Part shown: positions 1 to 11,235 of the stretch, piece by piece
Layout of the letters: the number at the start of each line of letters is the position of its first letter
Position numbering within the stretch: the stretch's first letter is position 1
Position numbers and translations under genes: made by a program
NCBI GenBank assembly: GCA_010909165.1
Contig: MU008169.1
Location: 2,191,143-2,255,142, forward strand
Reading direction: 5' to 3'
Origin: Anthoceros angustus
Lineage: Eukaryota; Plantae; Anthocerotophyta
DNA length: 64,000 nt
Notes under the pieces: model-generated
What the model saw: the letters and a program-made list of their open reading frames with translations, nothing else
Databases searched by the model: none
Told to the model about the DNA's origin: nothing

Positions 1-650
1 TTGGAGACGCCCGTCAAGATCAAACGGGCGCCCGCGCACCGCCTTCGTCACAAGAAGGCCGGAAGATCTCGATGGTCGAGAGCGGAGTGGCCAAGCTCCA
101 CGCCTGGGTACGGGGAAGCCGCGCCGAAAAAGAGGTAGGATTCCATGAGGAGGGGTCTGGGGCCCAAGGAGGGGTCTGTGTGGCCCAAGGAGGGGTCTGG
201 TGGCCTGGGGGAGGGGTCTGTGGTGGCCTGTGAGACGAGAGAGAGTTCATTGGAAGGGAAAGGTTCCTGAGGAGAAGTCCGGAGGGATTGAGGGAGAGCG
301 TGAGGAAAATCAAACGCGAGGGGAGTGGAAGCGAGGTGAATCTAAATTGTAAGGTGAGGCGATATAGGTATCCGTACCCATAGCCCCTAGGTCCGTGTTA
401 GAGAAGCCGCGACGATAGACTGGGCGGCGCGGTGGTGGGACCGCCACGAACCGCCACGGTGGCCGAGTCTACCACGGTGGTGGGTTTGGGCAGGTAGCTG
501 GAGAAGGTGGGGTAGCGAGCGGTAGGTCTAGAATCCATAGATTTAGCACACCTTGACACAACACCATTCCCTTGGGATCGAATCCTAGGACTATAACGAC
601 ATAGAGGGTAAATGTGGCCTCTTTGCCTTCGATGCAAAACCCATTCCACA
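1..650 (+). repeat. Family A 5' LTR, 3' part only (starts before the window)
   Basis: 1-110 matches 9434-9530 and 110-650 matches ~10595-11150; ends CCATTCCACA directly before the PBS; contains 20-bp GGAGGGGTCTGTGGCCCAAG repeats. Confidence 0.9.
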
Positions 651-667
651 TTTTGCGCTGCCGGGAA
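651..667 (+). promoter_or_regulatory. Primer-binding site of A1 (tRNA-Asp-like, degenerate)
   Basis: TTTTGCGCTGCCGGGAA directly after the LTR end resembles the Athila-type PBS TGGCGCCGTTGCCGGGGA; equivalents at 11151 and 31244. Confidence 0.7.
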
Positions 668-737
668 TGAAACTCAAGGTTATAGGGGACTAACCATAGC
701 TTAGGTGTCTAGTTTTGGAGTGTATCTAGTTAGGTAG

Positions 738-2392
738 ATGGATGCCACGGTTGAGTCGAGGGTTGAGTCAAGTCGGACGGAAGGCCACACGAAGCGACAA
801 CGCCAAGCACCGGAAAGGTTAAAAGGGTTGCAAAACCGCGAGTTGAGGAGGTCCAGGAAGACGCACCCGCTGGAAGGAGAAGGAGGTAAGGAAGCAACCA
901 GGGACGGGGTCCGATCTTGTTGGAGCAAGATCCCCAACCTCGGACTTGGACGAGGTACCACCGCCAAGGAACCTCGACCAATTCCATCCACCGACCTCTC
1001 TTCCAAAAGTGTGCATCGCTGGAGATCAATCGACTCCGCAGAACCGTTGTTGGACCAACCACCGAATCAGAACGATAGTCATGACCACCACCACGGTGGT
1101 GGTCACCACCAAGCAACCTTATCCTCAGATGGAGAGGGAAGGGGTATGAAGACCGATGAATTTGTTGAGCGCTTTGAGCACCGACATTTGCAAACCAGAA
1201 GCGGAGATGCACAGATTCATTGTTCTATGGAGTTCTTCGGGGTCCAAAAGTGGTATAGGCGAATACCTCAAGTCACCACACCTCCAAAGAACCTATGAAG
1301 AATTAAAACCGCCTGTGAAAGGTCTGGGGGCTTGACGAGGGATACGTGTTGTCCAAGCTTGAAAACCGCAGAGGAAAGAAGGAAACCTTGCAGCGATGTG
1401 GAGAGGTTTCACCACGCGATCAAGTGGCCCTCACTGAGTTGCAGTGCACACGGTGGTTCGCTAAAGGCCCGGGTTCTAAGATGGGGAGACACGAAGGTTA
1501 CAAGCGGAGAAGAATTTGGGCAAGGCTATCAAGGCGGCGCTAAACTATGAGGAATCCAACCCGCAAGGGAGGAGGAAGGCTAAGAAGGAGAAGAAGAAGC
1601 CTGTGATGGAAAAAGAAGGGATCCTCATCCTCCTAAGGAAGTTCATCGGTGAAGAAAGCTCCACGGAAGATTCCACGTAAAGTTCCTGAGGAGGAAACGA
1701 GTGATCGGGAGGAAGGCCCATCGATGAGGAGCGCCAAATGGAAAAAGAAAATGAAGGGTCGTGCACGGACAACAAGGAGTCAAGGGCAAAACAGAGGCGA
1801 TGTACGCAAAAAGGACGCGAAGCGAGGAGGGAGGCCGAGGTAAAGCCAAGAAAGTAGAACAACAGGGAACAAGATGGAGGAGATGATGGCAAAATTCGAG
1901 AAATTCCATCTTAATGCGGTCAAGGAACATGAGAGGCGGAGAGTCGTCACGAACCCACGAGCCAACCTCTTCTTCTGCTCAACGTGTGGGCAGCAGGACA
2001 CTCCAAAGCTAATTGTCCGACGACAAGGGTACACCCGGGATATGAGGAAGAGGAGGAAGAGGGTCCGTGGAAGATACATACGATCCGGAGGTTCACCAAC
2101 CCAAGTGTACCCAAAGACCATGTACCCGCCAACCTCGAATTCCACGGGTAGGCGTCAGAATCAAGGTAACAATCCAATGGGCACCGCCTTGTGCTATAAT
2201 TGTCGCAACCTTGGACACTATGCGCAAATGCCTTATCCAACTCGTCAAGGCAATGGAGATTTTGATAAACTATGTCAAGATTGCAAGCAGGGCATTTGGC
2301 GGAAGTGTGCTCGCCAAAGCCCCAAAGACGGTGAGGATCGCCACCCGAACGGAGTTCACCCAAACCCAAGTCCGGTCCGCCATGCATGTTGA
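738..2392 (+). pseudogene. gag: gag of A1 (frameshifted): retrotransposon-gag core and CCHC zinc knuckle
   Basis: Fragments DEFVERFEH, (K)WYRRIP, KKETLQR; knuckle CYNCRNLGHYAQ at ~2190-2230; several indels. Confidence 0.8.
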
Positions 2393-3149
2393 GGACGCAC
2401 TTATGGCGGTATGGGAGGATGCCGAGATTGGAACCCCGAGGAGCTTGGAGGGATTAGACGAGAGGAAGCGATTATTATGGGGAAGCCTCGCCATGGTCAT
2501 AGAACAAGGAGCACAAAAGCAAAAGAGAGGCGACGGGGGGAAAAAGAAGAAGGAGGCGGATACGACCACGGATCGATGAGGGAGAGAGTGTCGCCACCAC
2601 CAAGGAAATACCAACACCGGAACGCAGAGAAAAACAAGTCCCGCAGTGACTTGGCGGATGGACCATATGTGCAAAAGAGTGATGCCGAGACCGGAGTGTT
2701 CCAGGGCGGAAAGGTGAATGAAGGTCACGACAAGTCCGAAGGGGTGGAACCCTACCGATTTCAGAGAGTTACCGAACCGGAGTTAGGGTTTCCACCGGAC
2801 GACGGTGAAGTCATGGATATGATACAAGAAGAATTGGCAAGGGAGGCTACGGGGAAAAGGCGGGGTGTCGATTTCCACCACCCTGTGGGAGTCCACCACC
2901 CCACCGGAAGGGCCACCGCACAAGTCATGACGAACCGGAACCCAACCAACCAAACTCGGATGGTAGAGGTCATGGGCCACCGCTTCTTTCAATCTCGCCG
3001 AGGCCATCATGGACCAACATTTCATGATCACATTCGACAACTCCTCCGAGACAATCCGCGGTATAGGCAACATCGTGAGGGCGTTAAAAGAGGCGCAACC
3101 CAAAAGAGGCGCAATGTTCCTATACCAGCCGCCATGTGAACTTGGTATC

Positions 3150-3430
3150 CATGGTGGATCAAGGCCCACCAACCTGTGGAAATTTGGGATGTGTCATCAA
3201 AGGAGTGCCTCTCGACACGGGTGTGTAAATATTATGACGTAAGACACGGCTAGGAAATTGGGCTTGGATATTGAACATACTACCAAGGTTTTGAGGCTAG
3301 CCATGTCCGTAATGGTGGGGAACCGACAGGGTGCTAACGACCATTGGAACCATCCCTACTTGATGGATTATGTAGTCATCCAAAGAAAATCGCTGTGGCA
3401 CGACGTCCTAATTCGAACATGGATGTACGA
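3150..3430 (+). pseudogene. pol: Aspartic protease of A1
   Basis: GTGCCTCTCGACACGGGT = VPLDTG at ~3205-3222; YLMDYVVIQRK and DVLI(G)R-like C-terminal motif. Confidence 0.75.
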
Positions 3431-4049
3431 TCGCAATGCACGCCAAGTGGGGGAAGGAAGTCGGTTTTAAACCGCTGGAATGGGATCCCAAGACCAAGGA
3501 GGAAGGATGTGCCTATCGTGGAGTAAGGACATGTATGTGTGAAACTCCAAGGGTACACCTCGGCAGAGGACACGTCCGGGAGATGCAAGAGGAAGATAGG
3601 TTCTTCGCACACATCTCATGGTCTCGATGAGGAGCAGGACTACCGCAGATATCCATATACAATTAACCCGAGGGTCATGGGTAACCGCCGAATGCTCCGG
3701 AAGGGGTCCGGCGGATTCTAACAGCAGTGGAGAAAGCCGGAGGAGGCGCCACGCAGCTTCACGCCGGAGGATTTGTTTAGGAATGGGGCATGAGAGAAGA
3801 GGAACCGGGAGCCAAGAAGGATTCGGGTTAGCACCGCACCGAGAGCGCGAGTGGGTACAGATGAAGTCAAGGACGTTGAGGTTCTTCCAGGAAGGTGCTC
3901 AAATTCTCAACAATGGATGCGGCGTTGGAGGAAGGAATGAAGCAACCGCTGCGTAATTTATCGATGTTTTCGCCGAGGTAACGACATGAAGGGATCCCCA
4001 AAGAATGGGGCGAGCATAGGATTGACTGGAACCGTGAGCAATCCGAAGG

Positions 4050-6475
4050 ATTCCACAAGACAAGTTAACCAAGTACTCCTCAAGGTAAAGGATCGCTTGG
4101 AGATGTACCTCAAGGCGGACGTGATCTATCCTATAGTCAATACCGAATGGGTGGCTCCAATAGTGGTAGTACCTAAGAGGCGCAGCAAATCCGAGTTTGT
4201 CGATCGGAGAAGGTTGAATAAGGTCACCAAGAAGGATCACTTTCTACCCTTCATCGATAATATCCTCGGATCCGTCGCAGTGTAATGGCGATTCATTCCT
4301 AGACGGTACTGTATAATCACCGCACCTTAGGGAGAGCGATTGGCCTCGACCGCTTTTACAACCGATCGGGGACATATGCTTACAAGCGCAGCAGGGTTGA
4401 CGGAGCACCGGGTCCTTCATGCGAGCCATCGTCAAAATTTTCAAGGACTTCCTCGCGACTTTATGGAAGTTTTCCGACGACCAGATTCGGCCGCCAAGGA
4501 CCATCCGCACCTCCGGCGCTCGGAGCGCTGCCGAGCAACGCAATTATGCTCGCATCCGTAAAAGTGCTACTGCATGTCGAGGAATTCTGGGGCATCAATT
4601 TCAAGCCGAGGTATAGAAGTAGATCCGGACAAGGTAAAGGTCATCGCCACCCTTAGAGCATAACAACGCTAAAGGAACTCCGCGGTTCCCGGGATGGTGG
4701 GTATTATAGACGCTTGCTCCAAATTTCGCCAAGCGGCCGCCCCACTAACGAGCTTGTTAAGGAAGGATCGGAGTGGGAGTGGACGCAACGGAGGAAGCAT
4801 TTCAGACTTACGCACCACACCCACGCTAAAAGGACCGGATCGAGTAAGAAGTTTGCTGATGTTTCAGATTTGCAATTGGGTCAGCGCGGGATGAGAAGAA
4901 GAAGGATTTTCCGATCTACTATGCCGGAGACAACTAACGGACGCGAGCGAAAGTATACCACCACGGAGCCAAGCAATCGGGAATGGTTTACTCGGTCGAA
5001 ATTCGACACTACCTCCTCTCGTATGAATTTGTGTTCCATGTTGACCACTTTGCCTTGAAACACCTTGTGAATAAACCCGACCTTTCGGACGAGCAGCCGG
5101 ATCTTGCCGCTGTGAGTTTACCTTCACAAAGGAAACGAGAGGGTAGGAAGCATATCAATGCCGACTTCATATCTCGATTGAAAACAGGAAGGTGGAAAAC
5201 CAGTGAAGACGACTTTCCCGATGAGACACTGTCAGGAGTTGCAAACCAACCAGTGAAGCCTTCGGAAGGAGGGAGCCATCGATTGAGAAGGGAGGGTGGC
5301 TTCAAGACCAACATATCGAGATATACGATTATCTTGGCACAGGCCAAATTCCTCCACACTATCCAAGACACGATTCAAAGCGTTGTCCACTACTCCGCAC
5401 CATCTACACGGCACAATATGAATTTATACCGAGTCATCCGGACGGAGCGGTTATGGCACGCACCAAGTGTGAGCGGAGTCCCGAGCTCTTTACACGAAGA
5501 AGAGGCGGAGGTCATTATGCCGCATGTCACATGCGAAAATTTTGAGGCTATTGGTGGCCTACAATGTACAAGGATGCCGTGGAGTTCGTGAAGCGGACGC
5601 TTGCCAAAGGGTCGGCAAGCCAACAAAGAACAACCCAATGGCCCCTTGTCCCCATACTTGCACCGCACCATTCGAGAAATGGGGAATCGATTTTGTCGGT
5701 CCTATCCACCCAAAACCAAGGCTCGCCAAAACCAATACATCCCGTGGCCACAGACATCGACGCTGGATGGTAGAAGCATGCATCGCCGTAGATTCGGGCG
5801 CACGCCGAGCGATTCGCTCGAGCAAATCATCACCCGATATGGCTACCGGAGCTGGCCGATGAGGAACACATTTCCAATCGTAATCTCCAACATGACCAAC
5901 CACTTCAACGCCGCCATGTGAAGTCCACTTTATAACCCAAAAGCCAATGGGCCGGAAAAGGCAAATGGCTTGTTGTGCAAGATCCTAACCAAACTCACCG
6001 CCTATGCGTATGATCGATATGAAATCGCATTCAAGACGGCGACGGACCGCATGGAAAAGGTGACAACGCAGAAACCCCAGATTATCTTACTTACGGCATT
6101 CTCATGCCAATAGAATTCAAGTTCCCACCGAGAATACAGGAACCAAGTCGAATGCCGTGGAGGAAAGTCATTGGAAAGGTTGGTGGGTTTCAGACGACAC
6201 ACGGAGGACAGAGAACAAGCCCTCCAAGTTATGCGGATGTCCAAAGACAGGAGGAAGGAGTGGCACGACAAGAGATTGAAGGCCAAGAATACGTTGTTCC
6301 CGGGATCCGCTTTACTATACGATAACCGATACATGCACTTTCCGTAAATTACATCTCGATGGATGGGGCCCTTCGTAGTTTCGAAGTTTTCGACAACGGA
6401 TCAATTCAACTCAAGATTTTAGTGGCTCACCCTTGCCAACGCCAACGGTTGGCGGGTCAAGAAATATTACCAATA
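4050..6475 (+). pseudogene. pol: RT, RNase H and integrase of A1 (frameshifted)
   Basis: LEMYLKADVIYPIVNTEWVAPIVVVPK; DHFLPFID; MEVF-DD at 4463-4481; RHYLLSYEFVFHVDHFALKHLVNKPDL; HEEEA..H; PFEKWGIDFVGPI; RWMGPF near 6355-6375. Confidence 0.92.
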
Positions 6476-6495
6476 AGTTGGCGAGGACGCCAACA

Positions 6496-6510
6496 AATGA
6501 GAAGGGAGTA
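6496..6510 (+). promoter_or_regulatory. Polypurine tract of A1
   Basis: AATGAGAAGGGAGTA directly before TGTGGAA, preceded by GCGAGGACGC, which also precedes the family B PPT. Confidence 0.75.
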
Positions 6511-6709
6511 TGTGGAAGACCACATGTGCACTAACCCTCTCAAGTGTCGTGGTGAACGATTTTTTTTTTTGTGTTAGAATAGAGTGCTTTGAGAATCGTC
6601 GAGTCGTCTTTTATACGGAATGGTCCTTGGCCCTTGGAGATAATAATAATTTTTCGACCCTTAGGTTTGACCCCGGAGGGTGGGGTAGAAATAGAGTCCT
6701 TGGGTATTG

Positions 6710-6742
6710 GGAATTTTAGAATAAAAGGTGTCTATATATGCT
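6710..6742 (+). promoter_or_regulatory. Putative TATA module for the LTR-borne ORF (family A)
   Basis: GGAATTTTAGAATA...CTATATATGCT; the same two motifs occur in both B LTRs (23036-23075 and ~42687-42722). Confidence 0.55.
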
Positions 6743-7164
6743 AGGGATGCTCACAATATGCCACGCAGGTAGTCAAGTGGGTGGTGGCTAGTTCCACCAC
6801 GGAGAAACGGACGCATGCACTGTGGGGAATTTACAACCCTAGTGGCGGAGCGGACTACCACGGAGCGCAATCGGGAGAAGGGCACACCCAAAGATCATGA
6901 GGTCGCGACTTTCCGTGAGGGGCGCGAGCGAGTCAGCAGAAGAGGGGCGCGCACAGCACCACGCCAGCCAAATCACCGCCTCAGCGGCAGAGGAAAAGGC
7001 GCACACGACGTGACAGGCGGCGCGGGCGGAGGAGAGAAATCGGGCGCCGGCAAGTTCGCGAGGAGGCGTGGAAGGAGCGCGAGGGCGGCTCGATTTTTTT
7101 TTTTCTCTTCCGACCGTGATCTGCAGGTAGTCGAGGTTTTGTTTTGGGAGACAACGAGAAGGAG

Positions 7165-8720
7165 ATGGCGCCCGAGTCTCCCCACTCACGGGCCCAACAT
7201 GGACCATCGGAAAGTGAGAGCCGGCACCGTGCGTGAGCCGGGTCAAGTTCATGGAGAAGAAATGGTGCTACACCGCATTGGTGCAAGAGTGCGCCCGCAA
7301 TTAAGGACCAAGTCGCAAGAGGGTGACGCGAGGAAAAGGCCGCAGAACTGGATTTGGCCTCTTCGAGCAAAGGGCGAGAAGCATCGAGGATGGGAGCTTG
7401 GTGATTGACCCCAGAAGAAGACCTTGAAAGCCGCAGGCCGCTCCATGAAGCCTGGGAAGTGAGAGTGAACAATGGTCGGGTGACTCGCCAACTCGTGTTC
7501 ATAAATGGTGGGGATTGGCCAAATGGATTTTGTGTTTCCTGAAGCCGGATCATATGGCGGATCACTTCTTGGTTTTTCTTCACGAGGTGGTCAAGGGTAC
7601 ACAAATTGATTGGGGAGGATGATTTTCGAAAGAGCCTGAGGAGAAGGCGAATTATTTCTTCCTCGGCCCTCCTTGATTTCGCCTTTTCCGATTCATGTAT
7701 TTGCGCATTCCGGTGTTTAACGAGTTGAAGTCGTGTCCCCGCATGGTTGGAAGCCGTGAACTCAAGGTAGAAGAGGAGGAATTGAAGGAGGATTCGGGCA
7801 AGGATTCCAAGCTGGGAGTGCGCTCGGAAGGTTCTAAGAGGGTGGGGAAGTTTCCAAGGGTAAGAAGCGAAGGCGAACGGTCGAACGGGATCGAAGAAGG
7901 AGGCAGCCAGCAGAGGAGGAACCCACAGCCACACCTGTGGTCACTGTGTCAAGACAGAACGCGGGTAAAGGAGGAGAAAGTAAAGGGAAATGGCAAGTTG
8001 CTCCCTGTGCAGGGGATGAATCGCCGCTAGGGAGAATGAAGCGGGAAGAGGCAAGGCACCAACCCCTAGGAGAGGAGGGGTTAACTTCAGCCGAGACCGC
8101 AACGGAGCTCCGGACATTTTGGCGACATTTCACCGAACCGTCCCCGAGGTGGGGATAGAGACACCGCCGACACGAATTGTTGTGGAGGCGGATGGGCAAG
8201 GGACAGCCCAATTTGGGGATTTGCGGTGGTTTGACTTGCCATGGCGTGACGCAGCGGATCTCCTCGATCAAGCCCATGGCTCTCACTTGGCCGAGTGTGC
8301 AAGGCCAGGAGAAGTTGCTCAAGGAGAAGTTGGAGCCGAAGGCGAGAGCAAGGCGGCCGAGGAGCGCAGACGGAGTGCGGCCTTATGCAAGGCACAGGAG
8401 CAAGGCACATGTCCACTCGCAGAAGCTTTAGTAAATCAGTCAAGGGGCGATGCTACAATTGAAGAGCTGGATGAGGTCTCGCGAGTCCAGGTGTGGAAGC
8501 GATGGCGCCTTGGAGAAATTCAAGAAATCATGAGAGGTACAAGCGGAAGAGACGCTAGGGCCGAGTCAAGAGAGAGGTGGCCAAACCAAGAAAGGCCGAG
8601 CAACCACCGCAGGAGCCAAACAACCACCGTGGAAGTAACCACCACGGTGGCTAAACCAGCCACCGCCGTGGAACGGGAACCGAGGTGGGGAAGTCACCGG
8701 AGTGTCGCAGATGGAGGATG
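7165..8720 (+). pseudogene. Accessory ORF inside the family A LTR; putative plant-transposon-protein-like domain plus charged, coiled-coil-like tail (frameshifted)
   Basis: Manual translation: KFMEKKWCYTALVQECARN (7245-7301) and HKWWGLAKWILCFLKPDHMADHFLVFLHEVVKGTQIDWG (7500-7616); both align with motifs in the B LTR ORF. Boundaries approximate. Confidence 0.6.
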
Positions 8721-9358
8721 ATCCGGAGAATCAACAGCACCGCCTGTGATTGTCCACGGAGGAGAGGGTAAGGACCTCGAAGGGCGATTGTGCACGGCGT
8801 CCGGATGAGGATGCTCATGTCCGGCCGCCGCATGGTGAGCGTGCTCACCTAAACGTGTATGTGGTTGTTGGGACAGGAGGGGCGTAAACCACCGGTCAGA
8901 CATCTTGACCGCCACAGGCTACTGGTTCCTTCGAGTAGGAGCGGGCGCCTATCCTCCGCAAGTGGTGCCGGAAGAGATGAGCGAGGCGCAGAGCATGGAG
9001 GGAGGAGCACACGTATGGTTGTCCAAATGAGGAGGAGGACAATGGACATAGAGGTCACAGGCGCAACGTCCGGGAAGGCGCGAGGGAAATTCAGCAAAGG
9101 AGAGCGAGGTGGAGGTTGTGGGGAAAATCGCCGGATCGAGGCGAGGTCAAGAGCGAGAGGGGTCCCCATGGGCCGAGGCGAGGCAAAGAATCGCGAGGCG
9201 GCAGCGCTGATTTTAGGGAGTCGCGATAGCCTAGGACCGGGTTTTTCGCGAGGATAGGGAGTTCCATCACCGTAGAGTTGTTGCTTAGATTGGTAAGGCG
9301 CCGTGGTAGGAGCTACAATTTTAGACACTAAAGAGAAGTGAGTGTTGGACCACCGATG

Positions 9359-9366
9359 TATAAGAG
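9359..9366 (+). promoter_or_regulatory. Candidate TATA box for family A genomic RNA
   Basis: TATAAGAG in the 3' part of the LTR; the same octamer sits in the 3' part of the B LTRs (29268-29275, 50239-50246). Confidence 0.4.
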
Positions 9367-11150
9367 ACCCTTTGGGTGTCTCTCAAGGCGACGATTTCGT
9401 GTGAACTTCCGTATCGAACCGCCGAGGGGTTGATTGGAGACGTCAAGATCAAACGGGTCACGCCTCCGGTCACAAGAAGGCCGGAAGATCTCGGATGGTC
9501 GAGAGCGGAGTGGCCAAGCTCCACGCCTGGGTAAGGAGAAGGCCGGAAGAGATGAGCGAGGCGCAGCGAGCATGGAGGGAGGAGCACAGATGGTTGTCCA
9601 AATGAGGAGGAGGGACAATGGACATAGAGGACAAAGGCAACGCCCGCTGGAAGGCGCGAGGGAAACGTGCAGGAGAGCGAGGTGGAGGTTGTGGGGAAAA
9701 TCGCTCGGATCGAGGCGAGGTCAAGAGCGAGAGGGGTCCCCATGGGCCGAGGCGAGGCAAAGAATCGCGAGGCGGCAGTACTGATTTTAGGGAGTCGCGA
9801 TAGCCTAGGACCGGGTTTTTCGTAGAGGATAGGGAGTTCCATCACCGAGAGCCGTGTTGCTTAGATTGGTAAGGGGCGCCGTGGTAGGAGCTACAATTTT
9901 AGACACTAAAGAGAAGTGAGCCGTGTTGGACCACCAGATGTATAAGAGACCCTTTGGGTGTCTCTCAAAGGCATTTATTTCGTGTGAACTTCCGTATCGA
10001 ACCGAGTTGATTGAGACGCGTCCGTCAAGATCAAACGGTTCGCGCACCGCCTTCGTCACAAGAAGGCCGGAAGATCTCGGATGGTCGAGAGCGGAGTGGC
10101 CAAGCTCCACGCTGGGTAATCAAGGCAGCTCTTTAAAAGAGGTGTGTTCATTCCATGAGGGAGGGGTCTGTGGCCCAAGGAGGGGTCTGTGGCCCAAGGA
10201 GGGGTCTGTGGCCCGGAGAGAGGGGTCCCCATGGGCCGAGGCGAGGCAAAGAATCGCGAGGCGGCAGCGCTGATTTTAGGGAGTCGCGATAGCCTAGGAC
10301 CGGGTTTTTCGTAGAGGATAGGGAGTTCCATCACCAGAGCTGTTTAGATTGGTAAGGGGCGCCGTGGTAGGAGCTACAATTTTAGACACTAAAGAGAAGT
10401 GAGTCGGTTGGACCACCGATGTATAAGAGACCCTTTGGGTGTCTCTCGTGGCATTTCGTGTGTGAACTTCCGTATCGAACCGCCGAGGGTTGATTGAGAC
10501 GCGTCCGTCAAGATCAAACGGGGCGACCGCCTTCGTCACAAGAAGGCCGGAAGATCTCGGATGGTCGAGAGCGGAGTGGCCAAGCTCCACGCCCGGTAAC
10601 GGAAGGCAAAAAAGAGGTAGGATTCCATGAGGAGGGGTCTGTGGCCCAAGGAGGGGTCTGTGGCCCAAGGAGGGGTCCGTGGTGGGTCTGTGGCCCAAGG
10701 AGGGGTCTGTGGCCCGTGAGACGAGAGAGAGTTCATTGGGAAGGGAAAGGTTCTGAGGAGTAAAAGCGCCGAGGGATTGTGAGAGCGAGAGGAAAATCTA
10801 AACGCGAGGGAGTGAAGCGTGGTAGGATCGCAAATTCCTGAAGTAAGGTGCGATATAGGTGTCCGACCATCCCTAGGTCCGTGTTAGAGAAGCCGTGATT
10901 TTAGACTCCGCGAAGGCGGCGCGCCAGGTGAGGGGCGCCACTGGCCGAACCGCCACCGCGGTGAGTCTACCACGGTGGTGGGTTTGGGCAAGGTAGCCGG
11001 AGAAGGTGGGGTAGCGAGCGGTAGGTCTAGAATCCATAGATTTAGCACACCTTGACACAACACCATTCCTTGGGATCGAATCCTAGGACTATAACGACAT
11101 AGAGGGTAAATGTGGCCTCTTGCGCCTTCGGATGCAAAACCCATTCCACA

Positions 11151-11168
11151 TTTTGGCTGTTGGGAATG
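11151..11168 (+). promoter_or_regulatory. Primer-binding site of A2
   Basis: TTTTGGCTGTTGGGAAT after CCATTCCACA. Confidence 0.65.
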
Positions 11169-11235
11169 AAATCAAGGTTATAGGGGACTAACCATAGCTT
11201 AGGTGTCTAGTTTTGGAGTGTATCTAGTTAGGTAG

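Larger units (their letters stand above)
6511..11150 (+). repeat. Complete family A LTR shared by A1 and A2 (4640 bp as assembled, ~3.6 kb non-redundant)
   Basis: Starts TGTGGAA after the PPT and ends TTCCACA (7-bp inverted termini) before a PBS; its 3' end matches 1-650; internal duplicated modules at 9020-10620. Confidence 0.88.

Noticed and set aside
738-6475. Programmed ribosomal frameshifts in gag-pol
   Set aside because: Frameshifts are too many and mostly differ between copies, so no programmed site can be distinguished from error or decay.
6981-7934. 317-aa minus-strand ORF, the longest in the track, as an antisense gene
   Set aside because: It has no recognisable motifs and no counterpart in family B. 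The plus strand carries the motifs conserved with B, so this is probably a shadow ORF.
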